DNA of 64,000 nt from Truepera sp. (lineage in GTDB: Bacteria; Deinococcota; Deinococci; Deinococcales; Trueperaceae), in NCBI GenBank assembly GCA_965218435.1, contig CBDCKW010000009.1, positions 2,336,001 to 2,400,000 of the forward strand, in the 5' to 3' direction. The notes below the pieces were generated by a model that saw only the letters and a program-made list of their open reading frames with translations, was not told where the DNA came from and did not search any database. The position numbers were made by a program, and so were the translations under genes. Every line of letters starts with the position of its first letter. Within the stretch, counting starts at the first letter, position 1. Shown piece after piece: positions 43,888 to 53,348 of the stretch.

Positions 43888-44613
43888 CTAGGTTCGCAGC
43901 AAGTCTCGAGCGGCGCGCACAAGGTCGGCGTTGTCAGCGGCAAGCCGTCCATCCGGCAGAACCGGCGTATCTTCTAAACCGGTTCGAATCCCGTGACCAC
44001 GAGATAGCGCCCGCTTACAAACTGCCTAACTAGCGATGAGGTCGCCGTGATGAACCTGCTCAAGCAAAATGTTAGCCCCGATAAGCACGTTTTCTATCGC
44101 GGCAGCGTGCGCGGTGGCCTCATCCGGGTCGGCCTCGAGCGGTTCGATGAGTACACGTACACACTGTTTAGAGAGACCCGAGCGCACGAACGCCTCTGCA
44201 TCTCCTACACTGAGCAACCCAGCTTCAATCCCGGCACCCCGCCGGAGGAGGAGATCGCACAGTTCCAGAATGCCTTCCTCTCCCTGATTAGCCGTTACCA
44301 AATCCGGTAGTTCTGTCCAAGCCTCTACGAGTGCAAAACGGCGCGACGGGTCAGGCTCGAGACCGGCCGAGGTTGTAAACGAGACAGGCACGCCAGGGCA
44401 AGCGTGACGCACGGCGCGCAGAGCAGCGGCACACGCTTCGGCTGCCAACGACTCCACATCTGAAGAATCGTAAGCGTGCAGGTGAATCACCCGCGCACCC
44501 ACAGCTACTGCTGCACGCGCCTCTTTAGCGAGTGCTTCCGGCATTCTTGGGACTCCTGGGTGTTCATCAACCGAACGCGAACCGTTAAGGGCGACTTGCA
44601 AAAGCAGTGACAT
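43888..44613 (-). pseudogene. Kce/BKACE (DUF849) family gene with an internal amber stop
   Basis: ALNGSR, IHLH; TAG at 44026-44028 is followed in frame by RGHGIRTGLEDTPVLPDGRLAADNADLV. Confidence 0.85.
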
Positions 44614-44702
44614 ATCAAAAGTTTACAATGGTGTTCGAAAACAAGACTTTTTAGGTTAGACTGCGGGACATCTGTCAGAAACTTAGGGCGTAAAGTAAAA
44701 TC

Positions 44703-45104
44703 ATGCGCTACGTCATCCTTCTGCTTTTATGTTCGTCTCTAGCTGCCTGCCGCCCGCCGGAGCCTTCAAGTGAAAGTGCGGGGAGTGCTGCGGGCGAAGC
44801 GGGCGTTAAGGTCAGCCTCGAGCTCCCCAAAAAACCTGCGATTGGTCCGGCTCCGGTACGCGTTTACCTGTTAGGTGTAGATAATAAAGCTGTGACCGGC
44901 GCAACCGTTACGGTAACCGGCCTCATGACCCACGCCGGAATGGAACCTGTGATTGCCAAAGCGCCCCCAACTGAAAACGGCCTCTACCAGACCAAAACCT
45001 TTGACTTTGACATGGCGGGCGACTGGATTTTGCAAGCCGACGTGACGCTCCCAGACGGCAACGAAGTGCGTAAAGAGCTGAGCGTGACGGTTCCGGGGGG
45101 CTGA
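44703..45104 (+). CDS. YtkA/FixH-like Ig-fold lipoprotein, putative Cu chaperone
   Basis: LAAC lipobox; MTHAGMEP, GLY and FDMAGDW motifs; TAAAGT-N6-ATG. Confidence 0.8.
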   Translation: MRYVILLLLCSSLAACRPPEPSSESAGSAAGEAGVKVSLELPKKPAIGPAPVRVYLLGVDNKAVTGATVTVTGLMTHAGMEPVIAKAPPTENGLYQTKTFDFDMAGDWILQADVTLPDGNEVRKELSVTVPGG

Positions 45105-45106
45105 GC

Positions 45107-45418
45107 GTGAGTCGGTGGGCGAGGGCTTTAAGAGCGGGCGGTACGACGCTGCTGTTGGGCCTGCTCTGCACCGCCGCACTCGCTGCCCCTGCGCTTAGCA
45201 CGGTTCAAAATTTCGCGCATACGCATTCAGGTAGTACGCCGCACCATGTTCACCCGTTGTGCCTTTTACTCGGCGGGACCCCACCGGCTTCGCCCATTGT
45301 TGCAGCTGGGTCTATAAAACGTGACGACGCTCTCCCGTTTTACGTCATTTCTTTCGTCGCAGCCGAAGTCTTTACGGGTTCACGCAGCCGTGCGCCTCCT
45401 CCAAACGTCGAACCGTAG
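45107..45418 (+). CDS. Putative exported His-rich regulatory peptide with C-terminal RAPP ribosome-arrest motif
   Basis: Signal-like N-terminus, HTH-x5-HHVHPLC, SRSRAPPP four residues before the stop. Confidence 0.75.
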   Translation: MSRWARALRAGGTTLLLGLLCTAALAAPALSTVQNFAHTHSGSTPHHVHPLCLLLGGTPPASPIVAAGSIKRDDALPFYVISFVAAEVFTGSRSRAPPPNVEP

Positions 45419-45465
45419 CCACTAGACGTTTTTTGCGCCTTGATTTACGGGGCAGAGTTGGAGGA
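45397..45465 (+). promoter_or_regulatory. Anti-SD/SD sequestering structure
   Basis: TCCTCCAA (45397-45404) is complementary to TTGGAGGA (45458-45465); nested ACGTC/GACGT stem. Confidence 0.6.
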
Positions 45466-47038
45466 CATCATCACGACTAAGCAAGCTTATCCAGACACAG
45501 CGCCGGACAAAGTAGAGCTGCCGCTGCACCGCCCCAACCGCCCGGTTTGGCCCGCGCAACCTAAGGGTTTTGACCTCTTCCGGCTCCCCGGTCTGCGGCG
45601 GTTTTTTCGCTGGCGTTACGCCCGTTTCGTGTTTCAGTTACCGCTTTTGCTGCTGGCCGTGTTCGCCGTGGTAGACGGCCTCACCGGAGACCAATTAGCG
45701 CCGCGCAACATCGCCACGACGACGCTCTGGTTGCACTACCGGGGCCTGGTCGTGGTCGCACTCGCCGTTTTCGGTAACGCCTTTTGTTCCGCCTGTCCAC
45801 TCATGCTGACGCGGGGGTTGACGAGACAGTTGGAGCGCGTTTTGCCCCATAAGCTCAGCTGGCCCAGGGGCTTAAAAAATAAATATCTGGTTACGGCGCT
45901 GCTGCTCGCTTTCTTTTTATCGTATGAAGTGTTCGACTTTTGGGCCAGCCCGTTTTTAACCGCGTGGCTGGTGATCGGCTACTTTATGGGCGCGCTCGTC
46001 GTTGACACACTTTTTCCCGCCGGGACGTTTTGCCGTTACGTGTGCCCCCTCGGAAACTTCAACTTTACCTTTGCTACGGCCTCACCCACACAAATTGTAG
46101 CCGTCAACCCGGACGTGTGCAGCAGCTGTCACGATAAGCCGTGTTTGCACGGGCGTGAAAGCTACGCAGACGCGTCTCAAACCAAAGGACAAGCAGCGTT
46201 TATTCCGCTGTCACAGATTGAGCACGCGAACGGCTCCGGCTACTTTCCGGGCTGCGAAACCGACCTGATGGTGCCGACGATCACCTCGAACATGGACTGC
46301 ACCTTTTGTCTAAACTGTGTGCGGGCATGCCCGTATGACAACGTGGCGCTTACCACCCGGACGCCGGGGCTCGAGTGGACCCGTAACCCGTGGGCCAAAC
46401 GCGGCGGCTTCGCCGTTATCTTACTGAGCATTCTCCTAACCTTTTGGGGTCTCCTCAACGCCCTTGCGATGATCGGCCCGTTTTACAAGGGTGCAGAAAC
46501 CCTCTCAGCAGCTCTGGGAACGCGGAGTGAGGCGCTGCTACTCGCCGTCATCTTCGGCAGTGTCACCCTGCTCGGGTTCGGTCTGACTACGGCGATGAGT
46601 TTACTCGCTGACCGGTTAGGCGGCACAAAGAGCACGCTCCGACCGGCGCTCATGCGCTGGGGTTATGTCCTCTTGCCCCTCGGCTTCGGCTTTTGGGCGG
46701 CGCACTATCTGTTTCACTTCTCAACCGGGGCGCTCAGCATCGTGCCGGTATTTCAGCACTTTTTTGAGACCTGGGGCTTCGCCGTTGACCCGAATTGGCG
46801 ACTCTCGAGGCTCGTCCCAACCCACTGGCTCTTCCCTATCGAGGCAGGATTTGTCAGTGTCTACTCGCTTTTGGCGGTATGGACAGCGTTTCGGATTGCG
46901 CTCCGCGATTTCGGTCGGCGCGGCGTGCTCGCGCTCTGGCCGCCGCTCCTATTCGTTCTCCTGTTTGCGGCACTGTCACTATGGATACTCGCGCAGCCGA
47001 TGGAGATGCGCGGCACCATTTTCGGCCCGACGTTTTAG
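45440..47038 (+). CDS. Polytopic membrane 4Fe-4S protein (CcoG/FixG/NapH/NosR-like); true start may be ATC 45470
   Basis: FCSACP, FCRYVCP, CSSCHDKPC, CTFCLNCVRACP; about 9-10 TM segments. Confidence 0.85.
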   Translation: MIYGAELEDIITTKQAYPDTAPDKVELPLHRPNRPVWPAQPKGFDLFRLPGLRRFFRWRYARFVFQLPLLLLAVFAVVDGLTGDQLAPRNIATTTLWLHYRGLVVVALAVFGNAFCSACPLMLTRGLTRQLERVLPHKLSWPRGLKNKYLVTALLLAFFLSYEVFDFWASPFLTAWLVIGYFMGALVVDTLFPAGTFCRYVCPLGNFNFTFATASPTQIVAVNPDVCSSCHDKPCLHGRESYADASQTKGQAAFIPLSQIEHANGSGYFPGCETDLMVPTITSNMDCTFCLNCVRACPYDNVALTTRTPGLEWTRNPWAKRGGFAVILLSILLTFWGLLNALAMIGPFYKGAETLSAALGTRSEALLLAVIFGSVTLLGFGLTTAMSLLADRLGGTKSTLRPALMRWGYVLLPLGFGFWAAHYLFHFSTGALSIVPVFQHFFETWGFAVDPNWRLSRLVPTHWLFPIEAGFVSVYSLLAVWTAFRIALRDFGRRGVLALWPPLLFVLLFAALSLWILAQPMEMRGTIFGPTF

Positions 47039-47074
47039 CACTCTCGACTTGCAAAAGCTGTTACGATGCCTGAC

Positions 47075-47764
47075 ATGTTGCGTTTAGGTCTGCTTGCTCT
47101 TCTACTCACTATGTCTCTGCAACTCGTACTGGCACAAACTGAACCGCTCCCCGAATGCGGCTACGAAGACCGTCCTGCTACGCTGACGAGCTACGACGAC
47201 TGGCCGTATACAGTGCTCGACACGCTCTACGCGCTGCCTGAAGATTACGCGCCGAGTGATTTGGAGCCCGTCACCTCGTTGGGCGTCGGCACCGACGCGC
47301 TGCAGCTACGCAGCTTGGTTATGCCCGATTTGAAGGCGCTGTTAGCAGCGGCTGAGGCTGATGGGATGGGGCTCGAGGTTCAGTCTGCGTACCGCTCATA
47401 TGGGTATCAGAAGCAGACGTTTGACTATTGGACAGCACAAGACGGCTACGCCGCCGCCCTAAAGAGCAGCGCCCGCCCCGGTCACTCGGAACATCAGCTC
47501 GGCACCGCGCTTGACTTCCGCAGTGCGGACGGCGACCCCGCATGGGATTTGGATGACTGGGCGACGACACCTGAAGGGGCTTGGCTTCAAGAACACGCCG
47601 CCGAGTTCGGTTTTGTGATGAGTTATCCGAAGGGTAAAGAGGCGCTGACCTGCTACATTTATGAGCCGTGGCATTACCGTTATGTCGGGCGTGAAGAGGC
47701 CGCTGCGGTGGCGGCGAGCGGTCTCACACTGCGCGAATGGTTGTGGGAGCACCAAACACCATGA
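47075..47764 (+). CDS. M15B (VanY-like) D-Ala-D-Ala/LD-carboxypeptidase, secreted
   Basis: SAYRSY, PGHSEHQLGTALD, YEPWHYRYVG; TACGAT-N7-ATG 47075. Confidence 0.92.
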   Translation: MLRLGLLALLLTMSLQLVLAQTEPLPECGYEDRPATLTSYDDWPYTVLDTLYALPEDYAPSDLEPVTSLGVGTDALQLRSLVMPDLKALLAAAEADGMGLEVQSAYRSYGYQKQTFDYWTAQDGYAAALKSSARPGHSEHQLGTALDFRSADGDPAWDLDDWATTPEGAWLQEHAAEFGFVMSYPKGKEALTCYIYEPWHYRYVGREEAAAVAASGLTLREWLWEHQTP

Positions 47765-47885
47765 TAGTCGTCGTTAGAAGCAACTACAGCTCAGGGGCTT
47801 GGATGTTCCGATCCGCAAATTTTGGCATATCTGCTGACTTACCAGAGATTTAACGGAACGTCTCCGAACCCCTTGCAGCACTTGG

Positions 47886-48248
47886 TTATACCTCAGAGTT
47901 ACAGCCCACTTCGACAAGGATACCCCCAGGCGCATAGACGTAGAAAAGTGTACCTCCGCGCATATGTTTCACTTCAGAGATATCGCTGAGATAGTCTGCT
48001 CGGAGCCTGTTATTTACCTCCTGCACGGCCTCCTCTGAGGGAAGCAAGAACCCAATGTGAAAGGTTTTAGGATAGATAGGTTTTTGCCGCACTCGAGTAA
48101 GCACAAGCGTAAAGCTACCGTCACCCTTGAGAATGGCTAGGGTATCATCGCCTTTCGTCATCATGAGCGTAAAGTCAAAGAAAGTCTCGAAAAAAGACGC
48201 TGTTGCTACTACGTCAATTACGGAAAGGTTGAGATGGTTGAGTTGCAC
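47886..48248 (-). CDS. VOC/glyoxalase family protein, AT-rich
   Basis: LNHLNLSV, FHIGF, APGGILVEV; GAGGAG RBS before GTG 48248. Confidence 0.88.
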   Translation of the reverse strand: MQLNHLNLSVIDVVATASFFETFFDFTLMMTKGDDTLAILKGDGSFTLVLTRVRQKPIYPKTFHIGFLLPSEEAVQEVNNRLRADYLSDISEVKHMRGGTLFYVYAPGGILVEVGCNSEV

Positions 48249-48553
48249 TGCATTCTCCTCAAATTTCTGGACTCGGTAGGATAATTGCAACGCAATAACA
48301 AAGCCCTGAACGAGCCCAAACGCCATAGGGCGCAGGATTCGTCGCGGGTTCTCATGTTGAACATGGAGCAGAGCTTCCGGCATTGGGAAGGGGTCGGGCT
48401 TACCAAAAACGACCCTGCCTTTTTCGACAGATTGGAGAATAGCATCCAACTTGAAAGATTGTCAATCTCCAAATTGGATGCCCATCGAAATGCAACTAGA
48501 ACGCGGAACCGAAGGAGACGCCAATGGCTCGATCTCGAGTTAACCTTTACGCT

Positions 48554-50536
48554 TTACGCCGTCTCGAGGTGCGTTAGCGGCACAACCTCGAGCGCCCTTC
48601 CCTCAACATGCACCTTGAGGTGCTGCATAAAGACCGCCGCTGCAATCCCCTTCTGCTCCGGCTCTTTCCGGCTTCTAAAAGACACCTCTCCGGCTTCCAT
48701 CTCTTTGTCGCCCACGATGACGGTATAAGGCACCTTGTAGAGTTCGGCGTCGCGGACTTTGGCGTTCATCCGCTCGCTGCGGAGGTCGGTCTCAGCGCGG
48801 AGGCCCGCGTCAAAAAGTTGCTCGCGGAGTTTTACGGCGTAGTCGTTATGACGGTCGGCGATGGGCACGATGCGCACTTGTTCAGGGGCAAGCCAGAGCG
48901 GAAAATCTCCGGCGAAGTGTTCAATCATCACGCCCATAAACCGTTCAGTCGAGCCGGTAACGGCACGGTGCAAAACAACCGGGGTTTTACGGGAACCGTC
49001 TTCAGCGACATACTCGCAACCCAAACGCTCAGGTTGAATAAAATCAACTTGAATCGTTGAAAGTTGCCATTCACGGCCTAGCACATCTTTCGCCATAAAA
49101 TCGGCTTTGGGGCCGTAAAAAGCAGCTTCGCCCACCGCTTCAAGATAGGGAACGTTTTCCGCCTCGAGCGCCCGCCGCAGCGCAGCTGTAGCTTTTTCCC
49201 ACTTCTCCTCGTCCTCGACATACTTGCCTTCGTGACCACGCAAACTCAGCTGCACCATATAGTCCCTAAAGTTGTACGTATCTAAAACTTCGCGGATAAG
49301 CTGAAGTGCGCGCGCAAACTCTTCTTGAATTTGCTCTTCGGTACAGAAGATGTGACAGTCGTCTTGAGTTAGTGAACGCACACGAGTGAGACCGTTAAGC
49401 TCGCCAGACTTTTCATAGCGGTAGAGCGTCGCAAACTCAGCGTAACGCAGGGGCAGTTCGCGGTAGGAGTGCTGACGAGCGTTAAAGAGCGTCATATGAC
49501 TTGGACAGTTCATCGGCTTAAGCCGCATCAAAATACCGTCATCATCCATCGGCGGAAACATGGACTCGGCGTAGTTGGCAAGGTGCCCGGACTTTGCGTA
49601 AAGACTCTCTTTAACGAGGTGCCCTGTCCAGACGTGCTGATAACCGTAACTGGTCTGCACTTCGCGGACAAAACGCTCCATCTCGTGACGGATAATCTCA
49701 CCTCGAGGTAAAAATAGCGGAATCCCCGAACCTATGTCTTCTGAAAAAGCAAACAGGTCGAGTTCACGGCCCAACTTACGGTGGTCGCGTTTTTTAGCCT
49801 CCTCGAGCTGCCAGAGGTGATGCTCGAGCTCATCTTTGGACTTAAACGCCGCGCCGTAAATCCGCTGGAGCATCGGGCGCGTTTCGTCGCCGCGCCAGTA
49901 CGCTCCGGCCACCGACATCAGCTTGAAGTGCGGCGGAATGTCGCCGGTATTCGGCACGTGCGGCCCCCGGCAGAGGTCGGTAAAGCCCTCACTACCGCCC
50001 TGTTCATAAAAGGTCAACGGCACGTCTTTGGGCAGATCGGCGATCAGCTCGAGCTTGTACGGGTCGCGCTCAGAGAAGCGGTCCAGGGCTTCGGCGCGGG
50101 GGAGTTCAAATTTGCGCAGGGGCAGTTTAGCGGCGACGATTTCACGCATCCGAGCTTCAATGACACCTAAATCTTCGGGGGTCAGGTTGCGCGGCAGATC
50201 GAAGTCGTAGTAAAAGCCGTTTTCAATCACCGGGCCGATGCCCATTTTTACGGCTTCACGAGGGAATCCTTCGGCAGCAAATACGTCGGTCACGGCTTGC
50301 GCCATGACGTGCGCTAGGGTGTGACGCATCAGGCGAATCATGGCGTCGTCTTTTTTAGTGAGAATCGAAATTTCCGCGCCGTCGGGAAGTTCGGTCAGGA
50401 GGTCGTTGAGTTGCCCGTTGACGGTTGCGCCCAGCGCAGCTTTGGCAAGACCGGGGCCGATGGCTTCGGCGGCATTTTTGGCGGTCGCGTGGTCGGGCAA
50501 ATCCAGGCGTTTTCCGTCGGGTAGAGTCACGTACAT
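48554..50536 (-). CDS. thrS: Threonine--tRNA ligase
   Basis: TGS domain, RHTLAH, DLCRGPH, KPMNCPSH, QDDCH, AFYGPK. Confidence 0.97.
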   Translation of the reverse strand: MYVTLPDGKRLDLPDHATAKNAAEAIGPGLAKAALGATVNGQLNDLLTELPDGAEISILTKKDDAMIRLMRHTLAHVMAQAVTDVFAAEGFPREAVKMGIGPVIENGFYYDFDLPRNLTPEDLGVIEARMREIVAAKLPLRKFELPRAEALDRFSERDPYKLELIADLPKDVPLTFYEQGGSEGFTDLCRGPHVPNTGDIPPHFKLMSVAGAYWRGDETRPMLQRIYGAAFKSKDELEHHLWQLEEAKKRDHRKLGRELDLFAFSEDIGSGIPLFLPRGEIIRHEMERFVREVQTSYGYQHVWTGHLVKESLYAKSGHLANYAESMFPPMDDDGILMRLKPMNCPSHMTLFNARQHSYRELPLRYAEFATLYRYEKSGELNGLTRVRSLTQDDCHIFCTEEQIQEEFARALQLIREVLDTYNFRDYMVQLSLRGHEGKYVEDEEKWEKATAALRRALEAENVPYLEAVGEAAFYGPKADFMAKDVLGREWQLSTIQVDFIQPERLGCEYVAEDGSRKTPVVLHRAVTGSTERFMGVMIEHFAGDFPLWLAPEQVRIVPIADRHNDYAVKLREQLFDAGLRAETDLRSERMNAKVRDAELYKVPYTVIVGDKEMEAGEVSFRSRKEPEQKGIAAAVFMQHLKVHVEGRALEVVPLTHLETA

Positions 50537-50816
50537 AGTCACCTCAGAGGTATGGAGGATTACGGCGCAGGTATCCGTCGCCGCAGAGTTTCAAAACTGT
50601 ATCAGGCTGGGTTCAGGTGTGCAGAGACGTTCGTTTTGAGCGGCCACAGACGTGTCTATACCTTAGGGCAGGACACGAAACGTAGAATGGTGCGGCGTAC
50701 ATAGGTTTAATCTAGCATAGACGCACAGGCTAGAGGCACGTTTAGACGTCTCGAGCGCACCCGGTCAAAAGTTTGGGGCTCGAGCAACCCATTTCTAGCT
50801 ACCTTTTGAAGGATAG

Positions 50817-51445
50817 ATGACCCGGAGCGCAGCTTTTCAAGCCCTTTCACCCTGCACACTCGCCGACGTCCTTACCCGCGAGCAAGTAATGGACATCGGT
50901 ATCCGACCTCTGTGGCAGGGGCCGCGCGTCGCCGGTCCTGCCTATACGGTGGAGTGTGCAGCCGGGGACAACCTCATGCTGCACGCGGCGATCTACCGCG
51001 CCGAACCCGGGGCCGTTATCGTCGTCAGGCAGGTGACGTAGACTATGCTGTCGCTGGTGGAAACGTCTGCGCCGTAGCACAGGCGCGTGGTATCGCCGCG
51101 TTCGTTATTGACGGCGTGATTCGTGATCTCGCCGAAATACGCGCACTTGGGTTTCCGGTCTTCGCCCGTGGGGTCATCCCGATTCCCGGCAAAAAGGAAA
51201 AACTCGGCGTTTTAGGCGGCGCGGTGCGTTGCGGCGGTGTCAACGTCGAGGCGGGCGACATCGTTGTAGGGGATGAAGAGGGTATCGTCGTCGTACCGGC
51301 TTTGCAGGCTGACACTGTGCTGGAGAAAGCTAAGGCTCGAGCTGCCGCTGAGGAAACCGATTTGAAAAAATGGGAGGCTGACCACAGAGCGCGTATTGAG
51401 GGCATCCTGCGGAATAGAGGTTTTTCCGGCGAGGCAGACGCCTGA
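50817..51445 (+). pseudogene. RraA/HMG-aldolase family gene with a 1-bp deletion frameshift
   Basis: AGPAYTV..GDNLMLH..VIVV then shifts near 51026 to AGDVDYAVAGG...DGVIRD...GDEEG; could be a sequencing error. Confidence 0.8.
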
Positions 51446-52401
51446 TGACCCTTCAGTGTGCCGTGCTCGACGATTATCAGCAGGTCGCCCTAAAGATGGC
51501 GGACTGGTTATCACTCTCAAACGTTGAGGTCAAGTCGTTCGCCGAGCACTTCCAGACTGAAAGTGACCTTGTAGCCGCAATCAAAGATGCTGAAGTAGTG
51601 GTGATGATGCGCGAGCGCACACCCTTTCAGGCGTCACTCTTTGCAAAGCTCCCCCGCTTACAGCTCTTGGTTACAACCGGGATGCGTAACGCTGCGGTTG
51701 ATCTCACGGCAGCTGCCGCGCACGGCGTAACGGTTTGCGGTACCACGAGCAGCTCTAGGCCGCCAGCGGAGCTGACTTGGGCGCTGCTTTTGGGTCTCGC
51801 ACGAAATTTGGTCCGGGAGAATAACGCGTTGCGAAAAGGCGGCCCTTGGCAACGTTCAGTCGGCGTAGACTTGTACGGCAAACAGCTCGGACTCTTAGGA
51901 CTCGGCAAGATAGGGAGTCAAGTGGCGCGCGTGGGGCTCGCTTTTGGGATGGAGGTCGCCGCGTGGAGTCAAAACCTTACCGAGGCTCGAGCGGAAGCCG
52001 TAGGTGTGCGGTTAGCCGCTTCTAAAGAAGCTTTACTCGAGCGCAGCGACTTCGTCTCTCTTCATCTGGTGCTCAGCGAGCGGACGGCGGGAATCGTTGG
52101 AAGAGCAGAGCTTGCCCGGATGCGCACCTCGGCGTTTCTGATCAATACCTCGAGGGCGGGGCTCGTTGACCAACACGCACTCGCCGAGGCGCTGGAAAAA
52201 GGCCAAATTGCTGGCGCTGGCCTAGACGTTTTTGAGACTGAGCCACTCCCTGCTGACAACGTTTTTCGGACGCTCCCAAACGTCTTGGCTACGCCTCACT
52301 TGGGTTATGTGACAGAAACAAATTACGCGACTTACTACCGTGAAGCCGTAGAGGACATTCAGGCTTTTTTAGCCGGAGCACCTGTTCGGACGCTGGGGTA
52401 A
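51445..52401 (+). CDS. D-2-hydroxyacid dehydrogenase family
   Basis: MRERTPF, GLGKIG, INTSRAG, LDVFETEP, TPHLGY. Confidence 0.92.
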   Translation: MTLQCAVLDDYQQVALKMADWLSLSNVEVKSFAEHFQTESDLVAAIKDAEVVVMMRERTPFQASLFAKLPRLQLLVTTGMRNAAVDLTAAAAHGVTVCGTTSSSRPPAELTWALLLGLARNLVRENNALRKGGPWQRSVGVDLYGKQLGLLGLGKIGSQVARVGLAFGMEVAAWSQNLTEARAEAVGVRLAASKEALLERSDFVSLHLVLSERTAGIVGRAELARMRTSAFLINTSRAGLVDQHALAEALEKGQIAGAGLDVFETEPLPADNVFRTLPNVLATPHLGYVTETNYATYYREAVEDIQAFLAGAPVRTLG

Positions 52402-52479
52402 ACAGCTGAGGTCAGCTCAGACAGAATGAAAGCGTTTGCAACTAGACGCTAAAGACCAAACTTCTATACACTTGGGCCC

Positions 52480-53292
52480 ATGCGAATCGCTATTTTGGCT
52501 GACATCCACGGAAACTTAGGAGCACTCGAGGCCGTCTTAGCTCACATCGAAACCCAAAACGTTGACCAAATCATCGTCGCGGGCGATGTGGTCAACGTCA
52601 TGCCCCATTCAAAAGCCTGTTGGGACACCGTCACGGCGCTCGGTTGCCCCGTCCTCAAAGGAAACCACGAGCACTATCTGACGAGTTACGGCACCGCAGC
52701 AGCGCATCCTGACTGGTCAACGGAGCGGTTTCAAGGTTTGGCGTGGGCGCAAGGTCAGTTTAGCGCGGCAGACTTAGATGCAATGCGGGAGCTGCCGCTC
52801 ACCTATCAGCTACCGGGTCTGCTCGTCACCCACGCCGCGCCGCACGATGTTTTTGCCGGTGTTCACGCAGATACGCCAGTTGAAACCTTGCGTGAGCTTT
52901 TTCGCGGTACATCAGAAGCGATGATCGTTCGAGGACATAACCACCGCTGGCTCAAGCGCCGCTGGGATGACCGCACCCTACTGACGATTCAGTCTTGTGG
53001 TTTGCCGCTAGGCGGAAGTTTAGACGCACAGTACGTGATCTTGACCCGTCAAGCTGGGGGCTGGCGGTATGAAAAACAGTTCGTTCCTTACGACCGTGAA
53101 GCGACGTTAGCTGCGATGGATGAGAGGTATCTCGAGGTCATGGGACCCACAGGGCAGCTATTTAAGCGTGAACTGGCAACGGGCAAAAACCACATCATGC
53201 CCTTTTTAAGGGAGTATCTCGCCGTGGTAGACGGGCAGTTGCCGCTCAGCGAAGCTGTTACGACATTCTTGGCCCGTGAAGCTGGCGACTGA
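52480..53292 (+). CDS. Calcineurin-like metallophosphoesterase
   Basis: DIHGN, GDVV, GNHE, THA, GHNH. Confidence 0.92.
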   Translation: MRIAILADIHGNLGALEAVLAHIETQNVDQIIVAGDVVNVMPHSKACWDTVTALGCPVLKGNHEHYLTSYGTAAAHPDWSTERFQGLAWAQGQFSAADLDAMRELPLTYQLPGLLVTHAAPHDVFAGVHADTPVETLRELFRGTSEAMIVRGHNHRWLKRRWDDRTLLTIQSCGLPLGGSLDAQYVILTRQAGGWRYEKQFVPYDREATLAAMDERYLEVMGPTGQLFKRELATGKNHIMPFLREYLAVVDGQLPLSEAVTTFLAREAGD

Positions 53293-53348
53293 ACCCCAAA
53301 CCAAATGTGACCTTTCAGCCTTTGCAGGCAGAAGGTATACTGCGCTGC

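Noticed and set aside
44026..44028. Genetic-code reassignment of TAG
   Set aside because: TAG is the ordinary stop of intact genes here (nadE, gnd, zwf, deoC, sodC).
48285..48728. 147-aa plus-strand ORF
   Set aside because: Overlaps the thrS 3' end antisense and has no recognisable motif; the region is probably a foreign remnant.
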